Source: Candidatus Nanoarchaeia archaeon
Lineage (GTDB): Archaea > Nanobdellota > Nanobdellia > Woesearchaeales > UBA10216
DNA length: 64,000 nucleotides
Assembly (NCBI GenBank): GCA_028279045.1
Contig: JANQSZ010000023.1
Coordinates: forward strand, 248 to 64,247
Reading direction: 5' to 3'
The translations under genes and the position numbers were made by a program. Shown piece after piece: positions 1 through 8,429 of the stretch; within the stretch, counting starts at the first letter, position 1, and each line of letters begins with the position of its first letter. The notes beneath the pieces are model-generated. The model did no database searches, was not told the origin of the DNA, and saw only the letters and a list, made by a program, of their open reading frames with translations.

Positions 1-459
1 ACCTGGGATACTGGTCACGCAAACTTATGGCGAAAGTATTTCTCTGGCAGCGACGACGAATTCAAGAAATGGTACGTCAAGCAAGCAGAGGATTGGAAGA
101 ACAACAACATCATGGGTCACGTGCATGTTTCCGACAACTTCGGGTTTGAAGATGAGCACGTTGTTCCTGGCGAAGGTAACGTTCCCCTCAAAGAATTCAT
201 GTCGAAAATCCAAAGAGAAGTTGCAGAAGGTAAAATCGACCTCATCGCAGAGCCAAACCATCAAGACATCCGCGCGCTAAGAGGTGGTTGGCAACTATTC
301 GGAAGTTCGGTGTACGGTTTGCATGCCGGCGGAGGAGATAACTGGTCTGACATTCAATATTCTTATTTTGGAAGATCTTCTGCTCCAAATTTCTTGTACG
401 GAGAATCAGCTCCTGATCCGGAAGCATGGCAGTTCTGGTCTGGAACCAGATTAGAATAA
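1..459 (+). CDS. sugar phosphate isomerase/epimerase (xylose isomerase-like TIM barrel), 5' end cut by window edge
   Basis: Frame 1 is open from nt 1 (TWDTGHANLW...). HVHVSDNFGFEDEHVVPGEGNV matches the conserved metal-binding segment of xylose-isomerase-like TIM-barrel enzymes. Stop at 457-459. Confidence 0.5.
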   Translation, partial: TWDTGHANLWRKYFSGSDDEFKKWYVKQAEDWKNNNIMGHVHVSDNFGFEDEHVVPGEGNVPLKEFMSKIQREVAEGKIDLIAEPNHQDIRALRGGWQLFGSSVYGLHAGGGDNWSDIQYSYFGRSSAPNFLYGESAPDPEAWQFWSGTRLE

Positions 460-2013
460 TCACACTTGTTTTAGCAAATTTGTAGCCCGTTCTCCCAACA
501 GAAGTAAAAATCCAGCGAGTCGTGGCCCTTTCTCTTTGTTCAGCAGCACTTTGTACGATGCTGCAAAGAATTCTTTCGACGACAAGTCGTGTTTTTTAGC
601 AAGTTCATACAATTCTTGTGCAAGGTCGTCTTCCTTCCATATTTGTTGCGTCAGCAGCAAGTGCAAATCCCGCATTGCTTTCTTTTCTTGATCGCTCAAG
701 CTAGCAACCAGTTCTTTCTGCACGCTAAATCGGAAATCTTCAGGAGAGTAATTTTGTATCCAGTTCCATGCAACGTGTGCACGTTCAAGTAAGTGTTTTT
801 TGTCGTAATCCGACGACAGTTCTTTATCATAATACTTCAACAACCCTGCTTCATCATTCTCAACCATTTGCAATATCGTTGTCAAGTGTCGGTATGCCGC
901 TTGGTACGGTTGCTTACCCGGCTTCTCAGGATTTGAAAGTTCGTAAATTCTTTTTTTGTTATGAATTTCTTTTTGATTCTGACTTTCTTCTGTACCGTAA
1001 TACAATCGTTCAACCTGATCAAAGTATTCATACACTTGCAACACATCAAGATCAAAACTGATTGAAAATTCTGTTTCTGGTCGAGAACCTGCAAATAAAT
1101 AACGCAGCACAGCGGGTTGGTACACTTCAAGTACCTCTCCTAGAGAAAGCACATTTCCTTTGCTGCCGCTCATCTTCCCGCCTGTTCCTTTCAAGCCAAT
1201 GAACTCGTATTTTTTCTCGACAGGTGGTTCTTCTTTCCAAACAGCACGCATAATTTCGTTACCCGTGCTTCTGCTTCCGCCTTTTGTCATGTGTTCCTTG
1301 CCAGCAGCTTCAAAATCTACAGAATCATGATGCCAGCGCATTGGCCAGTCAACTCTCCAGGGCAATTTCACAATATGTTTCTCTTTGAAATTAATCGTAT
1401 CTGAATGTCCGCACTTGCACGTGTAATCTATTGTGTATTCCTCGTCGTAATTGGAAACTTTCGTAAAATCTCTATTACATTTTTCACAGTATACTTGCAG
1501 CGGAAACCATTCTTCAGGAAGTGGTTCTGATCGGTGATTGTCGAAGATTCCTCTTAGCACAGTACGTTGTGAAAGTGCGAATTTGATATCTTCTGTATAC
1601 ACACCAGTTTCATACCGTTCGCTTTCTCTAATGATTTTCGGCACAACACCAACTTTGTTCATGTCAGCTTCAAACGGTTCTTCAAAGTGTGCCGCATAGC
1701 TTTTATGGCACTCCCACGGGTCTGGCACTTTAGAAACAGGCATGCCAATATATTGCTCCCATTCTTCAGGAACGTTTGCAGGCACTTTCCGAAATCGATC
1801 GTAGTCATCCCATGAGTGATAGTGTACAACTTGCCGCCCCATTTTTTTCAAAGCGCACAGCAATAAGTGCGCTGTCATCGGCTCGCGGAAATTCCCAATG
1901 TGAATCGTTCCAGAAGGCGTGATTCGCGATGCTACTACGTATTCTTTCTTGTTACCGCGTAGTTCCAATACTTTCTGCGCAAGCTGATCAGTCCAAAATA
2001 CAGTATCGCTCAT
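460..2013 (-). CDS. lysS: lysyl-tRNA synthetase, class I (archaeal type)
   Basis: 517 aa with HIGH-type motif TIHIGNFRE and KMSKS-type motif GGKMSGSKGN. The Cys cluster CEKC...CKCGH is typical of class I LysRS. Confidence 0.85.
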   Translation of the reverse strand: MSDTVFWTDQLAQKVLELRGNKKEYVVASRITPSGTIHIGNFREPMTAHLLLCALKKMGRQVVHYHSWDDYDRFRKVPANVPEEWEQYIGMPVSKVPDPWECHKSYAAHFEEPFEADMNKVGVVPKIIRESERYETGVYTEDIKFALSQRTVLRGIFDNHRSEPLPEEWFPLQVYCEKCNRDFTKVSNYDEEYTIDYTCKCGHSDTINFKEKHIVKLPWRVDWPMRWHHDSVDFEAAGKEHMTKGGSRSTGNEIMRAVWKEEPPVEKKYEFIGLKGTGGKMSGSKGNVLSLGEVLEVYQPAVLRYLFAGSRPETEFSISFDLDVLQVYEYFDQVERLYYGTEESQNQKEIHNKKRIYELSNPEKPGKQPYQAAYRHLTTILQMVENDEAGLLKYYDKELSSDYDKKHLLERAHVAWNWIQNYSPEDFRFSVQKELVASLSDQEKKAMRDLHLLLTQQIWKEDDLAQELYELAKKHDLSSKEFFAASYKVLLNKEKGPRLAGFLLLLGERATNLLKQV

Positions 2014-2052
2014 AGACTAATGGGCTTCAGAATTGTATATAAAGGTTTGTGG

Positions 2053-2898
2053 CTATTCAGAGGGTATCTCAGTTTCTTGGAGAAAGTGCCAGCGTCCTCC
2101 AAGGCCTGTAAAATTTCCATCGGCGTCATAAAGAGATCTAGATCGAACCATTGTAGGGTCTGTCAGCCAATGTTGGTTTTCAAAAACAGTCTCTCCTCCC
2201 ATTTCAATGGATTGTGTGAACCCTCCAATACCAAAATGCCCATATTCAGTTGTGCGTACAGCGACTCTATCGCCAAGCAAGGATTCTACAAAATCAGTTT
2301 GTAGTGGACCAAAAACAGTAACGTATTCGCCACCAACAGCAAGGTCTGCATATGCACTTTCAGGTTCTTGTGCTGTAACGGAATAAGGAGCTACAAAGGT
2401 AACAAGGCCAGAGACTGTTTTCTCTCGTATAGGTTTTGCTGCTTCAAAAAACAGATGCAACCGTTTTGCAATTGCAAAAAGCGGGTTTCTCAGTCTCGGA
2501 TCAACAGTTTGTCTACTTTCAAAATATGATTCCCGTGTTCCGTCTTCGGAACGTGTTGCTTCCCATGTCGATTCGTAAAATTCATCAGGCAACCATCGAA
2601 AATCGCTTCTCGCACTGTGAACAACAACTGCGCGTTCGAAATCAGATTCAGGGGAGCTTACTTTGTACCGACTGATTTCTGTTTTGGGATCATAGTTGTG
2701 ATGAACAACAACATGCTTTCCAACCAAAGCTTCCAACTCTGATTCTTCAAAAAGTCCAGTCATTGGAAATCCGTTTGCAGGGTTTTCAAATTGTTCGTCA
2801 TAGGGAAAATCCAATCTGGCAGAAGGTGGTTCCGCCTCTGGATACAAAACATAATCTGTCAGAATTCCTTCATATACACTCATATCAATTAATTTCAT
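2053..2898 (-). CDS. hypothetical protein
   Basis: 281-aa ORF, tightly spaced after lysS. No family recognised from sequence. Confidence 0.45.
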   Translation of the reverse strand: MKLIDMSVYEGILTDYVLYPEAEPPSARLDFPYDEQFENPANGFPMTGLFEESELEALVGKHVVVHHNYDPKTEISRYKVSSPESDFERAVVVHSARSDFRWLPDEFYESTWEATRSEDGTRESYFESRQTVDPRLRNPLFAIAKRLHLFFEAAKPIREKTVSGLVTFVAPYSVTAQEPESAYADLAVGGEYVTVFGPLQTDFVESLLGDRVAVRTTEYGHFGIGGFTQSIEMGGETVFENQHWLTDPTMVRSRSLYDADGNFTGLGGRWHFLQETEIPSE

Positions 2899-2932
2899 TC
2901 AACAATCGAGAACTGCTTCAACTATAAAATTC

Positions 2933-3199
2933 TTATCCCCAGCGCCACCGCCAGTCCCCATCAGTCTTGATTTGGGACACCCAGACCAAGGAAATTGACA
3001 ACGCCAGGACACCAGCAGTGAAGTAGTCAGGTCGCTCTGCCAGCAAAGGAGTGAGCGATACGAGAAAAACACCAAACATCACTACAACAAACCATCCTTC
3101 CCAGGTTATGGGAACTGCTCCGTATCCGTAATGTTTCGGTCGAAACCAGTATTTGTTGCGAGCCATGTCACCTCTTACACCCTTCTGGGAACTACTCAA
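2933..3199 (-). CDS. small membrane protein (two predicted TM helices)
   Basis: 88 aa with two hydrophobic stretches and a basic N-terminus. Confidence 0.4.
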   Translation of the reverse strand: MSSSQKGVRGDMARNKYWFRPKHYGYGAVPITWEGWFVVVMFGVFLVSLTPLLAERPDYFTAGVLALSISLVWVSQIKTDGDWRWRWG

Positions 3200-3222
3200 A
3201 TAAGAATCTATCGAAAGAAAAG

Positions 3223-3297
3223 CGGGCCCAACGGGATTTGAACCCGCGACCTAAGGATTAAGAGTCCTCCACTCTGGCCAGGCTGAGCTATGGGCCC
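3223..3297 (-). tRNA. tRNA-Lys (anticodon CUU)
   Basis: Reverse complement folds as a cloverleaf: acceptor GGGCCCA/UGGGCCC, D-stem GCUC/GAGU, anticodon stem GAGGA/UCCUU, loop CUCUUAA, T-arm GCGGG-UUCAAAU-CCCGU, discriminator G. 75 nt, no intron. Confidence 0.8.
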
Positions 3298-3334
3298 ACA
3301 AGTAGTGTGCTTTAGGAGTGATTTAAAAAGATTT

Positions 3335-4675
3335 CTAGGAAATCAGGTCTACAACCTTATCTCTGATCTCTTCCATTTTCTCTTTGGAGCTGGATTCAAC
3401 GGTTAATCGCAATAATGGCTCGGTATTAGACGGCCGGAGATTCAACCACCAATCTGCAGCTTCAATACTCAACCCATCAAGGTGTAGTGTCTTCTCATCA
3501 GGAAATGCGCGCTCAACAATTTTCATTGCTTCTTCCTTGTCCTCAACGTCATAATTCAGCTCGCCGCTTCCGTGATACTTCTTGAGTGGCGCTACCAAAG
3601 CAGAAAGGTTCTTTCCTGTTTTTGTCATCAGCTCCAACAAATACAGCATGACAATCTCTGGAGATTCAATGTAGTAATTATCTTTCAAATAATAATGGCC
3701 AGACACTTCTCCAGCCAGCAACGCTCCTTCGTCTCGCATTTGCGCTTTGATGAATGAATGCCCGACACGTGTCATAATTGATCTCCCGCCGTTGTTCTCA
3801 ACAGTATCCCGCACAATTTTACTCTGCCGCAGATCGTACATCACCAAAGATCCAGGATGGTCGCTCAACACTTGTATTGCTAACAAACTCAGCACTTCTG
3901 CACTAGAAACATAGAATCCGTTCTCGTCAACAAACCCTACGCGATCAGCATCGCCGTCAAAAGCAATTCCAATGTCTGCTTTCTCTTCCCGCACTTTGTC
4001 CTGCAAGTCTTCCAGTGTTTCCAATTTCAACGGATTTGCTTCGTGGTTTGGAAACGTACTATCAAGTTCGAAATAGAGAGGAATCATGTCAGCTTCAACA
4101 TGTTTGAACAGTTCTGGCATTACCATGCCCGCCATGCCGTTGCCTGTGTCAATAACAATTTTAAACTTCTTCAGCGTCGAGACGTCAACGAATTTCAGAA
4201 TATGATTAACATAATCTTGCAGAATATCTTTCTGCGTAATTGTTCCGAGTTCTGTACTCGCAGGAAACTCATTCTTCTTAACTGCTTCTTCCATTGCATA
4301 GATACCAGTATCTCCGCTGATTGGAATTGCTTGTTCTCTTACAAACTTGAATCCGTTGTATTGCGCAGGGTTGTGTGATGCAGTTACGCTTGCACCGCCA
4401 GCGCAACCGTAGAATGCCGCTGCGAAATACAGCATTGGCGTAGTGACGAGTCCAATATCAATAATGTTTTTCCCGGATTCTAACAACGCCTTAGTAAATT
4501 CTCTGAATAGTGCAGGCGAAGACTCTCGCATATCTCTGCCGACGCAAATCGTTTTCCCTTCGATTTGTTGCGCAAACGCTTTCCCTATTTTGTATGCAAG
4601 TTCCTCGGTTATTTCGCTTCCCGCTATTCCGCGAATATCATATGCTTTGAATACACTCATATTAGATCCTTCCAT
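3335..4675 (-). CDS. phosphomannomutase/phosphoglucomutase (alpha-D-phosphohexomutase family)
   Basis: 446 aa. Active-site Ser loop TASHNP, metal-binding DGDADR and N-terminal AYDIRG are all present. Confidence 0.85.
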   Translation of the reverse strand: MEGSNMSVFKAYDIRGIAGSEITEELAYKIGKAFAQQIEGKTICVGRDMRESSPALFREFTKALLESGKNIIDIGLVTTPMLYFAAAFYGCAGGASVTASHNPAQYNGFKFVREQAIPISGDTGIYAMEEAVKKNEFPASTELGTITQKDILQDYVNHILKFVDVSTLKKFKIVIDTGNGMAGMVMPELFKHVEADMIPLYFELDSTFPNHEANPLKLETLEDLQDKVREEKADIGIAFDGDADRVGFVDENGFYVSSAEVLSLLAIQVLSDHPGSLVMYDLRQSKIVRDTVENNGGRSIMTRVGHSFIKAQMRDEGALLAGEVSGHYYLKDNYYIESPEIVMLYLLELMTKTGKNLSALVAPLKKYHGSGELNYDVEDKEEAMKIVERAFPDEKTLHLDGLSIEAADWWLNLRPSNTEPLLRLTVESSSKEKMEEIRDKVVDLIS

Positions 4676-5496
4676 TCCTGGATTGCTTGTTCGTACAATT
4701 CAAGTGTTCCTGTGTTGAGCCATTGACCACTAAAGGCGTATCCTGCAAGTTTTCCTTCCTGCGCCAATACCGGAAAGACATCTTTTTCCAGGTTGGTAAA
4801 TCCCTCTTTGATGTAGTCAAGGACTTCAGGCTCGAACATGTACAAGCCAGAATTAATAAGATTGCTCGGCGCTTCGTCCTTTGCAGGTTTCTCAACAAAA
4901 CGCAGAATGAAATTTCCTTTCATTTCCGCAACACCATACGCCGACGGGTCATCCACCGTCGTTAATGCAATAGTTGCAAGCGCACCTGATTCTTTGTGAT
5001 ACCGATACATATCAGTGAGATCAATATCTTTCAACTCATCCGAGTTAGTAACAATAAACGTTTCCTGTAGTTCCTCTTTCGCTAACCGTAGCGGACCTGC
5101 AGTTCCCAGTGGTTCTTTTTCCACAAGATAATCCACGTTAACACCAAATTTCTTACCATTTCCGATAACTTCTTTGATTTTGTCTGCTTTGTATCCTACA
5201 GAAAGCACAATATCCTTCACTCCATGCCTTTTGAACAAATCAAACAAGTGCTCAATTAACGTCCGGTCATGCACTGTAACGAGCGGCTTGGGAATTTCAA
5301 GCGTGAGTGGCTTGAGTCGCGTTCCTTTCCCGCCAGCCAGGATGACTGCTTTCTTGACCATGCCAGAGCCAAGCGCCTGTACAAGCAGCAATTCAACAGC
5401 ATGAGACCTATTCTTGATGTTATGACCATCAACTTTTGCATCAACTTCCTGGAGAAGACTTTGCTCGATCGTGAGCGTAACGCGTTCTTTCATCAC
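4657..5496 (-). CDS. sugar-1-phosphate nucleotidyltransferase with N-terminal ribbon-helix-helix (CopG-like) extension
   Basis: Residues ~45-279 carry the G-rich NTP-transferase loop AVILAGGKGTRLKPLT. Residues 1-45 (RVTLTIEQSLLQEVDAKV...) look like an RHH DNA-binding motif. Overlaps the upstream mutase gene by 19 nt, suggesting an operon. Confidence 0.7.
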   Translation of the reverse strand: MMKERVTLTIEQSLLQEVDAKVDGHNIKNRSHAVELLLVQALGSGMVKKAVILAGGKGTRLKPLTLEIPKPLVTVHDRTLIEHLFDLFKRHGVKDIVLSVGYKADKIKEVIGNGKKFGVNVDYLVEKEPLGTAGPLRLAKEELQETFIVTNSDELKDIDLTDMYRYHKESGALATIALTTVDDPSAYGVAEMKGNFILRFVEKPAKDEAPSNLINSGLYMFEPEVLDYIKEGFTNLEKDVFPVLAQEGKLAGYAFSGQWLNTGTLELYEQAIQEWKDLI

Positions 5497-5571
5497 ACTG
5501 TCAACAGTCGACGCCTATTTAAATATTTCGCAAAATAGTATGATAAAGTCATATAAAATCATGCAGAAATC

Positions 5572-5581
5572 TATTTAAACT
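5572..5581 (+). promoter_or_regulatory. TATA box (TTTAAA) about 26 nt upstream of the ATG at 5602; probable leaderless promoter
   Basis: AT-rich box CTATTTAAAC at the spacing typical of an archaeal TATA box relative to a transcription start at the start codon. Confidence 0.4.
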
Positions 5582-5601
5582 CACAAAAATTTGCAGTTTC
5601 T

Positions 5602-5910
5602 ATGGACAGCGAAGAACTAGGGGGGAACATTCAGCTTGTCGGTTTCCGCGAAACAGATGCAGCTGAGAAGATTGTTCTGAAGAAAATTGTCGGCAAGTGG
5701 TCAACCAGATTCTCTGAAATTTGCAGCAACTTCCAATTGCTCAAGCTAACCCTCAAAACAGTCCACAAGAAAGAGAAATCAGAACTGTATGAAGTTCACG
5801 CAATGGTCCAGGATAACGGCCAACCGCACGCTTCAGAAGTAACTGATCGCAATTTATTCTTAACTGTTGAATCTGCTCTACGCAAGATTGAGTCGAGTAT
5901 TCAGAAGTAG
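5602..5910 (+). CDS. ribosome hibernation factor-like protein (HPF/YfiA, sigma-54 modulation protein family)
   Basis: 102 aa. Pattern NIQLVG..ETDAAEKIV.KK...then ELYEVHAMV.DNGQ.HASE.TD.NLFL.V.SALRKIE parallels the HPF/RaiA beta-alpha-beta-beta-beta-alpha signature. Confidence 0.4.
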   Translation: MDSEELGGNIQLVGFRETDAAEKIVLKKIVGKWSTRFSEICSNFQLLKLTLKTVHKKEKSELYEVHAMVQDNGQPHASEVTDRNLFLTVESALRKIESSIQK

Positions 5911-5920
5911 CTTTATAAAG
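5909..5920 (+). promoter_or_regulatory. TATA box (gCTTTATAAAg) about 25 nt upstream of the SRP54 start
   Basis: TTTATAAA at 5912-5919 with ATG at 5942. The same motif recurs upstream of many genes in this window. Confidence 0.5.
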
Positions 5921-5941
5921 GAAAGCGTGTTTTGACGTACT

Positions 5942-7285
5942 ATGGTATTAGACAAGCTTGGAGATTCTTTGAAAGGAACACTGCAAAAGATTGCAGGTTC
6001 TGTGTTTGTAGATGAACGACTCATCAATGAACTTGTCCGCGACATCCAACGTGCACTCCTATCAGCCGATGTTAACGTCAAGCTTGTATTTACGCTAACA
6101 GATAACATCAAGAAAAGAATTACCAACGAACAAACTCCTGCATCCATTACAAAAAAGGAACACCTTATCAATATTGTGTACGAAGAATTAGTCAAGTTTC
6201 TCGGTGAAGAAGAATATAACATCGACACCAGCAAAAAACCATTCACCTTAATGCTCGTCGGCTTGTTCGGTTCAGGAAAAACAACAACCGCCGGCAAGTT
6301 AGGAAAACATTTTCAAAAACGCGGTTTGAAAGTTGCGATGATTTCAACAGATACATGGCGTCCTGCTGCATTCCAACAACTCAAACAAGTTGGTGATCAA
6401 GTGAATCTTCCTGTATTCGGCAACCCTGATGAAAAAGATCCTGTTGCCATCTACAATCAATTCAAAGATGAACTCGAACAATATGATATTGTGATTGTCG
6501 ACACAGCAGGTCGTGACGCACTTTCTGATGAACTGATTGAGGAAATCAAAAGTATCACTGAAGCAGTTCAACCAGATGAAAGCATGCTGGTTATTAGCGC
6601 AGACATTGGTCAGACTGCTGAAAAACAAGCAACAGCATTCCACGACACGTGTAATGTGAAAAGCGTTACAATCACAAAACTCGACGGTACTGCAAAAGGT
6701 GGAGGTGCGTTAAGCGCTTCTGCTGTTTCTGGTGCAAAAGTCGCATTCATCGGTGTCGGCGAACACGTTGATGATCTTGAAGCGTTCAACCCAAAACGTT
6801 TTGTTGGCCGTCTACTTGGCATGGGCGACATCGAAACACTTCTCGAAAAAGCAAAAGAAGCAATCGATGAAGATACTGCTGAAGATCTTGGTAAGAAATT
6901 TCTCAAAGGCGAGTTCAACATGCTTGATTTGTACGAGCAAATGGCTGCAATGAAAAAGATGGGGCCGTTAAGCAAAGTTGTTGACATGATTCCTGGCATG
7001 GGTAACATGGGTTTATCGAAAGATATGCTCGAGCAACAGCAAGGCAAAATTGAATCCTGGCGATACATCATGGATTCCATGACAAAAAGAGAATTAGAAG
7101 AACCCGATACCATTTCTGCCCAGCGCATCGACAGGATCGCAAAAGGATCTGGGCGTTCCATTAGCGACATTCGCGAATTAATGAAACAATACAAGCAAGC
7201 CAAGAAAATGGGAAAGATGATGAAGAATCCCAAGCAAATGGAAAAGATGATGAAGAAATTTGGCTCTGGTCAGTTTCAGGCGTAA
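5942..7285 (+). CDS. srp54: signal recognition particle protein SRP54
   Basis: 447 aa. GTPase motifs GLFGSGKTTTAGKLG, DTAGR and TKLDG, followed by a Met-rich C-terminal M domain (MGKMMKNPKQMEKMMKKF). Confidence 0.9.
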   Translation: MVLDKLGDSLKGTLQKIAGSVFVDERLINELVRDIQRALLSADVNVKLVFTLTDNIKKRITNEQTPASITKKEHLINIVYEELVKFLGEEEYNIDTSKKPFTLMLVGLFGSGKTTTAGKLGKHFQKRGLKVAMISTDTWRPAAFQQLKQVGDQVNLPVFGNPDEKDPVAIYNQFKDELEQYDIVIVDTAGRDALSDELIEEIKSITEAVQPDESMLVISADIGQTAEKQATAFHDTCNVKSVTITKLDGTAKGGGALSASAVSGAKVAFIGVGEHVDDLEAFNPKRFVGRLLGMGDIETLLEKAKEAIDEDTAEDLGKKFLKGEFNMLDLYEQMAAMKKMGPLSKVVDMIPGMGNMGLSKDMLEQQQGKIESWRYIMDSMTKRELEEPDTISAQRIDRIAKGSGRSISDIRELMKQYKQAKKMGKMMKNPKQMEKMMKKFGSGQFQA

Positions 7286-7341
7286 GACTTTCGATTATTT
7301 CTCACGAGTTCTTTTGAAGAATGAAACAAGAAAAGAAGTAT

Positions 7342-7468
7342 GCGCCCGCAATGGCGTATCTGGTCACGCCGCTAGATTCAGACTCTAGTGTCAGTAAGGA
7401 CTTCGGGGTTCAAATATCTTTCGGCTGCAGATATGGTTCGGAAGGTTGAAATTCCCCGTGCGGGCGCT
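7342..7468 (+). tRNA. tRNA-Leu (anticodon CAG) with a probable non-canonical intron of ~38 nt in the T-arm region; boundaries approximate
   Basis: Acceptor GCCCGCA/UGCGGGC, D-stem GGCG/CGCC, anticodon stem CUAGA/UCUAG with loop UUCAGAC, short variable hairpin GUC-AGUAAG-GAC. T-arm 5' half CGGGG-UUCAAAU is separated from its 3' half CCCCG by an insertion with an internal hairpin (ATATCT...AGATAT). Confidence 0.5.
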
Positions 7469-7477
7469 GTCTTCTAA

Positions 7478-7490
7478 ACATTTATAAAGC
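7478..7490 (+). promoter_or_regulatory. TATA box (TTTATAAA) 28-35 nt upstream of tRNA-Ser(GGA)
   Basis: CATTTATAAAGC at the correct distance from the tRNA 5' end. Confidence 0.5.
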
Positions 7491-7515
7491 AACTCCAGTT
7501 TTTTCAACGTATTTT

Positions 7516-7598
7516 GCCGGGATCGCGTAATCTGGTATCGCACAGGACTGGAACTCCTGGCCCTTCGGGGCGTCTGGGTTCAAATCCCAGTCCCGGCG
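7516..7598 (+). tRNA. tRNA-Ser (anticodon GGA)
   Basis: Acceptor GCCGGGA/UCCCGGC, 3-bp D-stem, anticodon stem CAGGA/UCCUG with loop CUGGAAC, long variable arm GCCCUUCGGGGCGU, T-arm CUGGG-UUCAAAU-CCCAG, discriminator G. Confidence 0.8.
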
Positions 7599-7658
7599 TC
7601 AGCAGGGAGTGGGGCTACGAAACGTAAGTTGAGTGTGTCCCAGTCCCGGCGTTTCAAA
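7599..7658 (+). repeat. conserved tRNA-Ser 3'-trailer module (copy 1): hairpin plus a 14-nt duplicate of the tRNA 3' end, abutting the downstream ATG
   Basis: TCAGCAGGGAGTGGGGCTACGAAAC...GTTGAGTGTGTCCCAGTCCCGGCGTT is about 85% identical to 21739-21794. CCCAGTCCCGGCG repeats tRNA positions 7586-7598, and GGGAGTGGG (7605-7613) can pair with CCCAGTCCC (7639-7647). Confidence 0.6.
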
Positions 7659-8252
7659 ATGACAAAAACACATATCATATTGGCGGTATTGGTTTTAACC
7701 CTCGCTGCATGCACGAGTCAGCAAAACCTAGAATCGCCGTACGTAGGAGAAGAAACGCGAGACATCAAGTATTTATCAGAAGCTGATGTTGAAGGTTTGC
7801 AAGCTGGCATCGGAACACCTCTTGGCGGTCTTGCTAAACCCGCTGAGTTGAATGGCTTGCCAGGCCCACGTCACGTATTGGACGCAGCAGATGCACTTGA
7901 CATAACACCGCAACAGGAAGAGTCAATCCAATTTATCTATGATGAAATGAACACCGATGCGAAGCTGTTGGGCGCTGATTTGATTGCAATTGAGCAGGAA
8001 ATCGATGACGGGTTGTCGAGCGGAATGATAACAGAAGAACAATTGGAAGTGTTGCTCAATGAAAGCGCAGAAATCTACGGTCAGCTACGATATGTTCATT
8101 TAGTTGCTCATCTCCAGACTGCAGACATTCTGTCCCAATCTCAGATTGATGCATACAATACTTTGCGAGGCTATGACAAAGCTGATCCTTGTGAGAACGT
8201 TCCAGAAGGCCACCCTCCTGAGATGTGGAAATTACACCACAATTGTCCTTAA
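7659..8252 (+). CDS. predicted lipoprotein, hypothetical (possible LTxxQ/Spy-like periplasmic fold)
   Basis: Start chosen at the second in-frame ATG (MTKTHIILAVLVLTLAAC..., lipobox LAAC). The upstream ATG at 7629 lies inside the conserved tRNA-trailer module. Confidence 0.55.
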   Translation: MTKTHIILAVLVLTLAACTSQQNLESPYVGEETRDIKYLSEADVEGLQAGIGTPLGGLAKPAELNGLPGPRHVLDAADALDITPQQEESIQFIYDEMNTDAKLLGADLIAIEQEIDDGLSSGMITEEQLEVLLNESAEIYGQLRYVHLVAHLQTADILSQSQIDAYNTLRGYDKADPCENVPEGHPPEMWKLHHNCP

Positions 8253-8259
8253 TATCACA

Positions 8260-8418
8260 ATGCTAAAATCACAACAAGCTAACTACGGCGCAGGAATCGC
8301 CATCGGAATAGGTATTGGTGTAGCATTCGGAGTTGCTCTGGACAATATTGGTTTAGGGATTGCAATTGGCTTGCCGATCGGTGTGGCAATGGGTTTTGCA
8401 ATGTCGAAGTTCAAATAG
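8260..8418 (+). CDS. small glycine-zipper membrane protein
   Basis: MLKSQQANYGAGIAIGIGIGVAFGVALDNIGLGIAIGLPIGVAMGFAMSKFK. The longer ORF-track version (from 8104) overlaps the preceding gene, so the internal ATG was chosen. Confidence 0.4.
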   Translation: MLKSQQANYGAGIAIGIGIGVAFGVALDNIGLGIAIGLPIGVAMGFAMSKFK

Positions 8419-8429
8419 ATTTTAACCCA

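Noticed and set aside
7599-7658. Interpretation of the duplicated tRNA-Ser 3' end as attL/attR of an integrated mobile element
   Set aside because: The two copies are only ~40 nt apart with no intervening genes. The identical arrangement at both tRNA-Ser loci points to a conserved structural element instead. No integrase or transposase is visible anywhere in the window.
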